Shown here: one piece after another, positions 23,670 to 37,500 of the stretch | How positions within the stretch are numbered: position 1 is the stretch's first letter | Layout of the letters: each line of letters opens with the position of its first letter | NCBI RefSeq assembly: GCF_037042905.1 | Contig: NC_087251.1 | Location: 39,620,001 to 39,684,000 of the forward strand | Length of the DNA stretch: 64,000 nucleotides | Origin: Lytechinus pictus | Lineage: Eukaryota | Direction of reading: 5' to 3' | Position numbers and translations under genes: made by a program | Notes under the pieces: generated by a model | What the model saw: only the letters and a program-made list of their open reading frames with translations | What the model was told of the DNA's origin: nothing | Databases searched by the model: none

Positions 23670-25576
23670 AGTGGAAGGGCAATACAAAGAGGAAGAGTAA
23701 AACAAAGACAAAACAAACTGCTTATAATGGCTTGTGCCGTGCAAAAGATGGAAGGGGTAGTCTTAAAACTAAAGGAAATGTAAAACAAAAACGAAACAAA
23801 CTTAACTTACTTAGTGAAATACTAAAAGTAATTGAAAAAAATATGTATAGAAACAAGCAAACAAAAATATCAACAGAACGAAAGTAAGTAAAATAAAGAA
23901 AGTAATAAGGACAACAGAATTTCATTCTGTAGCCGTCTATCTCTCCTGAAGCGTAATATCCCCCCCCCCCCAAAAAAAAAAGAGAAAACAAAAGGCAAGC
24001 TGTCATCATCATATTAAACAGATGATAAATTAATTTATAGAAAAAAGCCAACAAAAAGGGGAATTGAGAGCAATTAAAACAGACTGATGCATTTCGCACA
24101 TTCATATGGAAAACTAGCGGACAGAAGGTCCTCGCTGCACGCGCGCACCCTTATAACACGCAGAATTCCCTTGCATTATACCCTTTTTTCACAAACAAAT
24201 GTATATCAAGGACAAGCGTTGATTCAGATAGAATTTCCGCCCCCCTGAAATGAATGGTAACAACTTCTTCTATCAGATGACCATAATTTTTTTAACATTC
24301 AATTGGTGGGAAATATGGCACTTTATTACATTAAAATCACTAAAAACCATCCATAGTCAGGAATATGTATTGGGATAATGGGTTTGGGGGACATTTTTAT
24401 AGTACCCGGGTGGATTATATCCGTCGTCACATCGGTGGGTGGTGGTATCATGAATTTCCGCCCAGATTACAATAAAGGGCACATTGTAAGGCAAATACTC
24501 ATGAAAGAACCATGGAGATTGGTTAATAAGGAAATAGGGCACTTTTATCATCAAATCAGAGGAGATTTTCTTTGTGATAGTGATGTCCGAAGAGCAAACC
24601 TACACTCGTGACGGGTCCATTATCTATACGAGGGGTGCATCCCAGCTTAATACTGCATAGCTAAGTCTGAAAATTAAGTTTTGCTTATTTCTTTCATCTT
24701 ATAATGATGTTTAAATGTTCAAACAACGATAATTCATAAAAATTGACTCAAAATATTGCGAATCAACGCTGAAACATTATCTGTGTATACATTTTATCCC
24801 GCTGTAATGCTATTTCCCCCATAAAGCCGCAATGGAACATTCCGCACCACCAGTCATACGATGATCGCGAGGTCTGCAAACGTCGTCTGCTATGTTTTTA
24901 CATGTCCGTTACACTGCATACAAGTTTTCGATATGAAAACTGACATGACCTCAATGTATAATTCCTTTTTTAATCACAAAGAAATTATGATAATAATAAT
25001 AATAATAATAAACATTCCAGGCATGACATGGGACACACTCTCTATCGGTCTCCCCCCCCCAAAAAAAAAAAAAAAAAAAAAAATCAAGATTTTCAGCCAT
25101 CCCACCTGCTCCCGGCCCTTTTGAACTGCCACTTGCAGCTGTATATGGAACTCACTGGGGCAGCAGATCCGGGGGGGGGGGGGGCTTTAGCCCCTACTTT
25201 TAGCCCCTACCTAACGCTCGATCACCTCAGTGACCCTTATTCAAATCTTTAGCTTTTCGCCGCCCATGAGAAGATGATCAGGAATCTTTATCAACCATAT
25301 TTGATACAAGCAAAGTGGCAACATCCAACTGTAGAATCAAGACCCCTATTTTGTTAACACCAAAAATAGATTTAAAAAATAATCATAAGTACCCCCCCCC
25401 CCCCCCATCAACCCCATCACACGTCTGAATCAAAGCATGCATAGGAACTACTGTATATTGATAATGATGAGGACAAGTTCTAAGAAAATGCAGAGGGGCA
25501 AATAAATCTAATTCTCTAGCCTACTTTATGGTTTATGCCCAACATCAAATAAATAAAATCCTTTTTCGATGGCCGG

Positions 25577-28333
25577 TGTCATAGGCGAATTGAACCGGGT
25601 ACCGGCGGTCCAAAACGGCTAGTTCATTAGTACCGCCAAAACAAAACGGATATAGTCGATCGGGCCCGCCAGATCCAAATGACTGGTTCAAATTTTGGCC
25701 GAAACGATAGGAGAGCCGCCGTTTGGTTCCACATTTATCAAATCTTTCTAAGGTAGTAATTGTAATTATTTATTTTGATAAATGTTTCAAAATATATCTT
25801 CGTGTAATTTTTAATGTAATTTCAATATTATCTTAGAAATTATGATTTCTATAATTCTATTTAAAAATGATTTAGAAATAAAGGTAGGCCTATAATTCAG
25901 CTTCGTACCAGAAGGATTTTTTTTGCACGTGAGCTACGTTGTTCGCACCACTGGTTCAGATTCGCGCATGCAGATTGGTGAGCCCACGTGGTGCAAAATA
26001 CTGGATATGCACCAGTTTATTGTTAATTTATTATTATTATCAAATTTTTTATATTATTATTATCATAATTATATTCAATATTATTAATATCATTAACTAT
26101 CGTTATTACCGTCATCATACAACTTTTAATATTACAAATATTTATATTGTTATTTTTAGCTAGGCTACTTTTATATTAGCCAGGCGCGGAGTCCAGAGTT
26201 AAAATTTTATGGGGTGGTACTACAGGATCTAGGATTTTTAAAAAGAGGTGAAACCTTTTACCCGTTGGAAATTTGACAAGTAAAAAAAAAAAGTTGTCAC
26301 CTAAATTTAAGGTCAATAATCCGTCCGCCAAAAAAATCAATAAGCAAAAAAAAAAAAAAAAAAGGGGAAAAAACGGTTTTCACCAATATTTAAGGTAAAT
26401 TCGTCTCTCTTTTTCCCTCCCATTCAGAGCCCCCCTCCCCCAACACTGGATCAGCGTCTGTTAGGTCTACATCATAATTTTAGGGGGCTGTATTAGATAC
26501 ACTTTTTCATTATTCTTGAGGAGTTTTTTCTACTATATCTGAAAGGTATCAGTATTATCCACTCAAGGAGGTAAAATACCCCTCCCCCCTTTTTTTTTTT
26601 GGGGGGGGGGCGGTTGTGTACTTGAATAGAGTGTGTGTGTATCAATGAGGTCTCAATGAGGTGTGAATGAGAGTTTCCTTTGCTTTTGGACTTATCAGGT
26701 CTTTATTTTCCCACTTTTTATTCATTTATTTATGTAAGACATTTATTCTTATTTATTTGGGGGGCTTTGAAGAGCAGAGGAAAGTGCTTTAATAACCCCA
26801 GCCCCCCATCGCCCCAGTCGCCAACCACATCCTATTTCTTGCATCAGTAATGAAGACATGCAAGCCAGCCATGTTAGATATTAAAGTTAAACCCCATATC
26901 GCTTCCTCCAATAACACTAGCGTACAGACTTTTTTTAATAATTCGTTAATTCCCATTAAAGGTCAAGTCCACCTCAGAAAAATGTTGATTTGAATCAATA
27001 GAGAAAAATTAGACAAGCATTAGGCTGAAAATTTCATCAAAATTGGATGTAAAATAAGAAAGTTATGTCATTTTGAAGTTTCGCTTATTTTTCACAAAAT
27101 ATTTATGTGCACAATTTAATCACATGCAAATGAGAAAATCGATGATGTCCGTCACTCACTATTTCTTTTGTTTTTTTAATTGTTTGAATTATACAATATT
27201 TCAATTTTTACAGATTTGAAAATAAGGACCAACTTGACTGAACCATAAACTGAAGGTCAAGTCCACCTCAGAAAAATGTTGATTTGAATCAATAGAGAAA
27301 AATCAGACAAGCACAATGCTGAAAATTTCATCAAAATCGGATGTAAAATAAGAAAGTTATGACATTTCAAAGTTTCGCTTATTTTTAACAAAATAGTTAT
27401 ATGAACGAGCCAGTTACATTCAAATGAGAGAGTCGATGATGTCACTCACTCACTAATTCTTTTGTTTTTTATTGTTTGAATTATACAAAATTTCAATTTT
27501 TGCGAATTTGACGATTAGGACCTCCTTGCCTGAAGCACAAAATGTTAAAATAATGGAATTCCACATGTTCAGGGAGGAATGAAACTTCATTTCACATGAC
27601 AATGATGAGAAAATCAAAATATTTCATATTTCATATAATAAAATACAAAAGAAATAGTGAGTGAGTGATGTCATCAGTTCCCTCATTTGCATACCGACCA
27701 GGATGTGCATATAACTATTTTGTGAAATTAAGCAAAATTTTGAAATGTCATAACTTTCTTATTTTACATCCGATTTTGATGAAATTTTCAGTGTTATACT
27801 TGTTGGATTTTTCTCTTTTTATTCCAATCAACTTTTTGTTGGGGTGGACTTGTCCTTTAAAGAATAGTAATTCCACAGGTTCAGGGAGAAATAAATCTTT
27901 GTTGCACTGAACATTGTTGAGAAAATTAGAATATTTCTTATAATGAAATACAAAAGAAATAGTGAGTGAGTGATGTCATCAGTTCTTTCATTTCAATACC
28001 GACCGGAAACTGTTTTTTTTTTGTTTTCTTATTCAAATCAACTTTTTGTTGGGGTGGACTTGTCCAAGATTCTCAAATCGGCAATTGTGTCTGTTCTGAG
28101 GGTGTGATTGATTTGAAGGAGCCAATAATTGGTTGAAAATGACGACTTGGACTAGATTGTCACATTTTGCTAAAGGGGTGTTAACAGCGGATCGGAACAA
28201 ATCGCCTGGTCGGAACAACTTGGCTATAACGATCGCACCACCCAACAAAATCCGGAACAAAACGGCGGGTAAAGGAGCCGCCGATTAGTTCCGCCGGTAC
28301 TAATCGACTGCCCGGGTCAATTTTTCTATGTCA
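25577..28333. mobile_element. Composite non-autonomous Ginger-like element with nested insertions
   Basis: Imperfect TIR TGTCATAGGCGAATTGAACCGGG / TGACATAGAAAAATTGACCCGGG; flanks CCGG/CTGG; related GC-rich subterminal repeats. Confidence 0.65.
26960..28065. mobile_element. Kolobok-like MITE (inner copy 27254-27856) nested in a related older copy
   Basis: TIR AGGWCAAGTCCACC; TTAA at 26956 and 27857; two left ends and two right ends. Confidence 0.85.
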
Positions 28334-28339
28334 CTGGCT

Positions 28340-28505
28340 CGCGATCGGTGTTCGCCATGCAAAGCGCATAGCGCATTCGACTGATGACGTCATGATGAGT
28401 CAATTTTGAACAACACACACGCTCAACTATACAGCTAGCTGCATATGTGGGACTGAACATTTATATTAACCGCTTGTTTTACTTGACAGAGAATCGTTTC
28501 GAAAT
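28340..28505 (+). promoter_or_regulatory. Probable ASPP promoter/5' UTR with a perfect CRE (TGACGTCA 28385-28392)
   Basis: CpG-rich patch directly upstream of the ATG at 28506; palindromic CRE. Confidence 0.5.
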
Positions 28506-28532
28506 ATGGACCATAATGGCCTTCCTGGTCAG
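28506..28532 (+). CDS. ASPP (TP53BP2/PPP1R13B): ASPP probable first coding exon (MDHNGLPGQ)
   Basis: aatATGG context in a CpG-rich region, CAG|gtaatt donor, 27 nt, phase 0, in frame with exon 2; no homology support for the peptide itself. Confidence 0.65.
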
Positions 28533-31500
28533 GTAATTATCAATTATGTATTTATTGATTTGTTGAATCTTTATGTCACTTAATTTTCTTTGAGTTTTAG
28601 GTTTTGTATTGTAGCTGTTTTTGGTAGATAAAGATTGGTTTCTGTTGTCGTGTTGAAAGAGATGGAGCTAACGCCACAAATCAGGAGTGCGAGTTTCGTG
28701 ACTGGGCTTGGGGAGCTGGGAGAGGAGCCCGCCCCGGCGCGGCGGTACGGTGAGGGGTGTTACGCCTGGCGGTAACATTTACGTAGACTTGACTCGAAAA
28801 GGGCTTTTTTGGCTTTGGCTTTGCTTGATTTGTAGGTCTATTAAACTAGTTTGCTCAAACGTTGCTTTGTTGTAATTACTTTTTTATTTTTAGGGAGCCA
28901 TTTTGAGAAAAAAAATGAGAGCCATTTTTAAATTTCAGTTTTCGACTTCTAAGTTCGAGATCGATCATTTTTTTTCATGATTCAGCGCATGGACATGGTT
29001 TCGCATCGCAGTTTGTCCTGTTTGTTTACAAATTCATTTAATTTTAAACATTGTTTATTTAATTGCTATTTATTTGTTCTTCATTGTTATTAATTGTTTA
29101 ATTATTTAATTTATTGTTGTTCATTTACATGTAGGTCTATTGTTTGTATTTCGTATGTTAATTTAACTGGACGTTCTAACTTTACAATTAAGTTTATCAA
29201 ATTTGAACAGAATTTGTATTCAGAGGAATCCTTTTCATAATTAATTTTTTGATAAAAACTCACTTGAAAATTATTTTACGAAATATTGAATGCATCACAG
29301 CTCAGCCTGACAGCTAAACGACAACATGTCAACTATTTCTCAAGGAGTCAAGCTAAGCTACACTAATATGTTACCTCAGGCGATGTTCGTGCAGGCTCCA
29401 TTTTTTTGCAAATTTAGGATGGTATCTTTAAAATTAATCCAATAGAAAAGGAAATTTTTTACTATCAAATTTATGGTGAGACCTAGTGCCTGTGCCGCGC
29501 AGCGTTTTGAAACATAGTACCCAGGGTATCGAGAGTTTGAAACTCAATACGCAATTTTTCTGAAGCCCTGCGCCCGTGATTCTGAAAAATCAACTTAGTG
29601 ACACGTCAGAACATGCCGATGCATGAAAGTAAAAACTGCAGCTGTGCTGGCCTGGCTTTGTGACTGCTATATGCAGTTGTAAATGGGAGACTGGACAGGC
29701 GTGGACGGGAGCGATTTTCATGTTGGGAGTCGCTTGGTACTTGGCAGTTTTTAGGCAGTTGCGAGAGCAATTCCAAAGCACACGAGGGCAGAATCGCTCG
29801 TCGCTCCCGTGTATTTTCAACCCTGAAACATTGGCAGGCGAGGGTTAGCTTAAGCTAGAAAGCTGGCAGCGTTGAGGAGTTTTTAAACATTTTTATTTAG
29901 ATCTAGATGTAGATTCTATTTATTGTTTAAAATTTCTCCTCATACTCAGCCACAGACGGCTCGCGATCGTAACAACAATCTTTATACATAATACTATCCC
30001 TTGAAGGTTTCTGACTTTATTCTTTGTCCTAGGGCCTTTCTTTCATCACCCCTTTTTGATACTTCCAAAATAGTTAAATAAACTCTGAACTAGTGTTCGT
30101 CCAAGAATCCTCCTATAGGTGTAACACTCTAATTCATTCAAAGGTAGCGTAACTTGCAACACCATGGAAGTCTACATGTTGGACTACAATATTTACTGAT
30201 TGTAACATCATCAATCAGAGTCAAGAAAGACCTGAATATTCTTCATTTTCCTGATATTTTTCAACTAAATCAAAATAATCGCCAGAGGGTATTCATTTGT
30301 CTCGCAATCTACTATGGTCAACAAGGAAATTCGTGATCACTCTCGCAAAGTGTTCACTAGATTTCTAGGAAATTGAATATCCTCTAGCGATTATTTCAGT
30401 CCGCAATAATGAACCTATTTAGTATTAAATCAAAATAATTTCAAGGAATTATGGAAAACACATGTAGATGGCCATTTAAAATGTGAATTTTTTGCTATTT
30501 TTTGTAAAGTTTTTTTTTAAACAGGAGTGCGATAATTTGTAAACGTAATGACCCAGGCCTAGTTTCACCACAGATTAATTAATAGCTACACAGCTATTGC
30601 ACTTACAATTGTAAGAAAAATCTACAATTTAGCATACATGTAATGTATTAAATTGATTTGAGCTCCTCAAGGAGAGCGATTCTGAGAGCTCAATTGAGCT
30701 CCTCGAAAAAAATAAGGAGAGCAATTTATTGAGCTCCACAAAATTATAAATGTGAAGGACTGGTAAATTGGCATGAACAGGAGCAGAAAAAAAAAGTATG
30801 AAGACCATGAACAAGTACAATGTAGATACAGGAAGCCTATTAAAAAAATCCCCAAACCACACACACACACACACACAGTGTGAGCCCGTACGGTTATTGT
30901 AATATTTTCAAGCAAATGGTGTGGTCAGATTAGTCCGATGGTCCACTGAGGATTGTCCTCAGCCAAATGTCAACATTATTATGGCTTTGAATAAGAGCAG
31001 GTTCTATTGATTGCTCAGAAAGACCAATAATTCAAAGCAAGTTCCTGTTATGTACATGTATGAACAAGCAGTTAGCTGCTCTATTTAGGTTGATGCAGGG
31101 TAGAACACAGTTAGACTACATGTATACTTGTACTCAAAATTGAAACTAATACATGTATTTCATATGACTTTGTACAAACAAAAAATTAATTTATAAATGT
31201 TTCCTGACAATACTGGGAAGGGAATTTTACTGAACCAGGTCTGTAACCTATTCATTGTCGGACATGTGCTACTATTTTTTAAAGGAATTCTTTGGAAAGA
31301 GGAAGATTTGTAGCCAAAATTAATTCGGTTTCATACTGTATATTATTATTATTTGTTTGGTGTCACCTGTGTCTGGGAGGCAAAAAGATCACGATGTCTT
31401 GCAGGTCTCTCCTTGTGATAATAGGCAGTTTTGATATTTATTTTTTTACTTTCCTTGTAACTGTATTGTTGATCCATACCAAGCTTGATATAATGTACAT

Positions 31501-34500
31501 CCCATGTTATCAATAACACCAGTGCCGGTATGGAAGTCCTGCAGTCAAACTTCTCCTTGTTGCCACCTGTCTATATTGAAAACCTGTATGTAGTGGTCAC
31601 CAAAATTTTATCCCATGTAAACCTGTTTTAAAGACTACCCGTCTCCATTGGTCACCTTTTCTGTTTCTCTTGGATGACCTTGATTAAACTTAAAGGAAAA
31701 TGACACCTTTGGAATAAGATACATGTAGCTTGTGCAAACACAGAAAAATCAAAGAAAAGGGTCAACATAGGTTCGAGAAGAATAATGAGAAGTTATGAGC
31801 ATTTGAAGTTTACATGAAGATCATTATTGTAATATAATCCTCCAATTGGCAGTGCGACAAAGATGTGCAATGTCACAATTTTGCCATTTGTATTTATTTC
31901 ACTTAAACTGCCTCTTTTATCACATCTATCAGTAGATCATGTTTTCTTTCTATATAGAAAGGTTTCATTCCCCTTTAAACGACAGGTACATGTATGACTG
32001 TACATGTATACTGTACAGACTATAGTGATTGTCATCATAATTATTGCCTAATTTGTGAATGTAATTTAGGCATCACATTTCCATTTTTACAATGCCTACT
32101 TAGCTTGTTGAACGCGAGTGAATGAGAGGCTGAATGTCAAACATTTGTACCGTTGCACATGTATCGTCCATTGTGTACCGTTGCGCGGGTCAGGAAAAGG
32201 TGATGTCACTATAAAAATATGATTGCGCTTAATAGTAAATGCAGGTGCAATACGCAAAGGGCCAGGCTTACTGGCTGAAATGCGCATTGCTGCTGCAGAT
32301 CAGATGCATGTTTGAAAGGATTTTCCTTTCGCTTTCAAAATTTTCTTATTTTCATAGATTTACGTAGGAAAAATACTGAACATTGTTCATATTTTCGCTA
32401 GCTTCTGAGGCGTTGTACAACTGAAATAGCGAATATTCTTATTCGTGCAATGGTACATGTACGACATTTCGCATTCGGTGAAAATAAGACACACTCGGCT
32501 AATGCCTCTTTGAATAGAGCATCTTTCTTTCACCTCATGTGAAATCTCGCACCATTGCACTCATGCCTATTCGCTTTTTGTATATTATTGGACAATGAAT
32601 CAAATAAAGAATGAAAAATTGTGAAACTGATATTGAAATATCGACCTCTGACCCATAATGTGGTACAAACTGCATGTATTCCCTGCTCTGACCAGTTACC
32701 ACCCAAATCACTTATTCTCAGTTCAGGTACAGTACATGTAGGCTGTACAGTTTATAGGATGCCCCATTTATATATGTAGGTAGGCTGGCCCTTTGACAAT
32801 TCTTTGAACTTGTTGACTTTAGTAGCTAATCAGTGTGAAACATGGCAGAGTAGCAAATCAGGCATGAACCTGCACTATTGTATCCACTTGATTCAAGCTC
32901 AGAATATAGTTCTAAAAGTAAAAGCTTGAAATGTTGTGGATGTTTTTATCATGAGTTTATCTCACTCGACCATGTAGTCATTTGTACTTGAACTATTGGA
33001 AACTGACTGAACACAAATCTTCATAGACCCAATCCTGCATGACACGTACAATGTAGAGGCTGACTCTCCGTCAGGTTTAATAGTCTGTTTAAATTTATGT
33101 ACATATACAGTACATGTACCACTATATCATAATCATACATGTTCATATACATTTGTACATGTACAGTGTACGTACATTAACAATTTCTCTCTATTGAATT
33201 TTGATAAATTTCCCCCAAAGTGTTTACATGTACATTTAACACAGTTCATTACAACAGTGTACTTGTTCATGTACATTTACATGTGTACTCGTCCAAAACT
33301 GATATAAATACAAAAACAGTTGCTTTTACAAACACAGAGAACTACAATGTACATGTACATGTACATGTATGTAGGCATACCAAACATCAACTGTACGCTA
33401 TGTTTGGGATGTGTACTGAAAAAAATTCAAATATTTCCTCCCCATTCCCAACAGTATGCTTTATCTAATACCCCTTTCATAAACCCAATTATGCGGCTAA
33501 TACTATAGCATAATTTGGTCGTAAAATCGGAGGAGGACCAGAGTTATCGGCATTATTTTGATGCTGCAATTATCCGCATAATAGCAGCATCGGGACAAGA
33601 TTTTGAGTTTATGAACGTATTTCCAAATAATGCGGATAATTGCCATGGTGCGGTCACAAGGTCACCCTTTTCCAACACACCGCATCGGAGGGGGCGTGTC
33701 CAGTTGTCATGACGATTATCCACCTTTTTCAGGACGGGCGCTCGTAAAAATAATGCGGATAATTTTCGGAGTTTGTGAACGCAATTTTTATTGAATTATC
33801 CGCATTACTATTAGGCGGCTAATTGGAGGATAGGTTTATGAAAGGGGTATAAGCGACAATATCATTCTTAAATGTCAAGGAATTTTGTCAAATGTCAACA
33901 ACCTCTGTGGAAATTCTAGACATCAGAATCTTTTAGATAAACACAGAATTCTCCAAGATACTTTGAGAGATAACGACAGTTAAGAATAGTCATGCAGGCG
34001 TGTAATCTTCAGGTGCTGTATTGTTGAAATGTACATGTATTGTTGTCAGAATAATTGCTCTGTTGAGTATTGAAGCAAAGTACTGTGCAAGTGGAATGAA
34101 GAAAACTGTTTCTTTGTGCTCTCTGTGTATTGTGAATTGTACTTGTCTGTGTCTTTTTTATTACATATCTTTTAGAACTGTTGGTGTGTACAGTATGATG
34201 CATTTGAAAAATATTACTAAACACAAATCTGCATGTAATTTTCACATTATTTCTTGGGCATATTTGGCACTGAAAAGGACCTTATAAAGTCCCTTTAAGG
34301 ACGTTTCCTGAAAATATATCAACTAGGGCCTAGGCTTTATGAATCAATATTGATCAAATGTTTTCTGCCAGCCTTCAGAAGTTATTTAAACACAATTTTT
34401 GTAGTTTTCAATCGGTGTATTTATGGGCATTTGTAATTTTGATTTATAAACATGTAGGCCTGACACATTCAAAGATTAGTATCATTCTTTAACAAGTGAC

Positions 34501-37500
34501 CTTCCAAGGTATCTGTGCCACTTTATATTAACATAGCTACATGTACGTGTACAGACATAGAGTACATGTTTTGTATGAGGAGTTCAAAAGGAGACGATTA
34601 AATTTATTGGTTTTGAGATGAAAGGGTGCCTCTCCAGAGGCTATTAACCTCAGAGAGAACTCTCTCTGTGCCACAGTGACTCATTCATTCTTGCAGTCCT
34701 GTGTTTACAGTATTTCATTGGCACAGCCACATTGACAAAACCGACTCCAGACCGACGAAAGCTTTAGCGTTATTTCCAATGACAAACCGTCATTCGGTTT
34801 GGAGTCTACTAGGTTGGTATGACTGTAGCATGATGCTCTAAGATGACCTTGTTGACAATTTTTCTTTTCTGTTTGTCTCATTCCCTTTGGTGTAGATGAT
34901 CTTGAAAGTTTACCTTAGCAACAGCCCAGACACATTGTCCGATGTGCCCATCACCCCTGAGACGAGATGCCGTGATGTGGTGGAGCTCTGCAGGGAAGCA
35001 GGAGAGGTCCATTGTCATCTGGCAGAGCTCTGGAGAGGATGTGGTAAGTTGGATGTAGGTCGAGATGATCACACTCTAGGTGGTTTCAAACCGCCTCGAT
35101 CATAAGAATCCCGGTTAAATTACGAGAACTTTTTTAGGCTAAATAATACCCGTTAATTATTCCTGCATTCACACCGCCCCGAAACATACCCTTCGGGATA
35201 ATGACAGAAATAAGATCATGTGTACTTCTTCCAGACACGATGTTACCCATCAAACAAGACCTGACTGGGTAGAAAAACATTTTCCCCAATCTTGACACTT
35301 GACAGAACATTGAAGTTGAAACGGGTGATTCTTTGGTGATTGGTGACCTGACTGGGTAGAAAAACATTCTCACCAACCTTTGACAGGACATTGAGGTTGA
35401 AACTGACAGTTCTTGAGTGATCTTCAACCCCATCCTTATTTAGAACTACATACTGTAGGCAGGATGAAATAACAAAGTCAGAGGAGCATTTCATGAAATA
35501 AACAATCAGTGATTTTTCACTAACAGATGTTAAAAGCTACTGAAATCCTTGCATCTGATTGGCTCAGAACAAAGAAGTCATTGGAAATCACAGACTGTTT
35601 GCTTCATGAAGCACTCCCCTGACTTGGTAGAAGACACACTTGACAGTCGTTGATGGAACATGGAGGTTGAAAGTGTCAGTTCCTACAGGTGAACTTCAAC
35701 CTGGGCAATCTGCTGAATAGGGATCAATGCTCTGTGGAATGTGTGGAAGCGACAAGCATTGTAGAGGCAAATGTCTTTATAATGCGATCCAATTTATACT
35801 GGCATTTTGATGATTGTAGCAGACAAGTGCAATCTCTGCTCCTGTTTATGAACAGTATGAGAGTATCGGTGGTTGAAAAGTGGCATTTAATTTGTACATG
35901 AAATTACTTTATTAATGAGACAGTTTTAAAAGTTTCTAAATTTGTTTTTAAAAAAAATCCTGCTTCTTTGGCAGAACCTCTATCTTGTGGATTAAATTAT
36001 TTGCCATTTCTCTGTATTGGAAAGTGTTATACATTTAGTTGGAGAATGCCCAGCATTTAGCGCGCACAGGAAAACACTTCTAAATTTAATAAAAGAAGAC
36101 AAGGAACTGCAGTATTTTTCTGAGCATTTCAATGATCAAGAACCTCAACAATGATGCAGTATTAAACTGCAGATCTCCGATACAGCGAAGGAAGGATACA
36201 GAAGAAGAAGAAGAAGATTACATGTACATTGATCATTTGTGGAAATTATAGTATTCACTGACACTGAATGAATTCTTTAGCATGCCAGTACATTGTGTTT
36301 ATTTCAAGAGGGCAACGTTTCTTTATTTTTTTCTGTCTTTCAAACTGTTACAACATGAAGTACAGGTTTGCATACGTTGAATAACTTTGTGTTAACCCTA
36401 AGAGTCCCGGGGGGGGGGGGGCGGATTTCGGTTACTGGTTAAAGTTTTCACGATAAATCCGCCAGGCAAAATTTTTCAACCGCGCCGCTCACTGACTTTT
36501 TACTTTCAAATCTCGCATAACTTTTGAGACAAAATTTGTGATGCCCGGGTATGCTGTTACGAAATTACGCAACATTATGTAAGTGCATGTCAGACCCAAA
36601 ATGGTGAATTCATGTACAAAAACAATGCAAATTGTGTATTTAGCCAAAATTCATAAATGTATCATTATTTCTACTTTTACAGATTAAACTTTATTAATTT
36701 TGTCTTGTTTATGATCAGAATTAAGTCTGCATCAATTTCCATTGGAAAAACAATAAAAAAGTCGAAAAACAAAGAAATACATAAGAGATTGATAAAACAA
36801 TAAAATACATGAGAAAAAAATTGCGATACCAAATTTTTGTTGAAGTATGTTTCATCGGGATTCTACAAAGAGTCTGTGAATAAAAAATTAGCAGTTTTGG
36901 GGCCGTATGATAGTTGATAAGAGCAAATGTTTTATTTCATACATAGATTAGCATAATTAATTCAATAAATGAAAAATCTTATTATCTCAACAAAAATTAA
37001 GCATACAGCCTTGTAGATCTTATCGCACACTACCACAGTGCAAATTTTCGCGGCGCTACATGTAGCATGATCGAAGGCCAAGATCTCAGGGGGGAGGGGG
37101 AATCCGCCCCAACCACCCCCCCCCCCCCCCCCCCCCCGGCTGTGAGATGGGTCCAAATAACCCGGCTCTTTTAGGGTTAATGCAGATGATTGCAAAGAAG
37201 TCTGCTGCTGCTTTTTTTGTGCATCAATTATTTTCTACTCACTTCCACTCTTCTTTTTTTTAGAACGTCCCATTGACGATGAAGAGAAGATCTATGATAT
37301 TCTGCAGCAGTGGGGAATTCATCGCAATGAGGTCAAGTTTTTCTTGAGGCATGAAGGAGCCAACGCGGATGAACAAGGTATGAATATTATATTTCAAGTT
37401 CTATTATTCTTTGTCTCTCAAATTAAAATTACTATGTATGTTGCCTTTGAAAATGGTATTGGCTGATGGGAACCGTTACCGTACTATTGTCATCACATGT

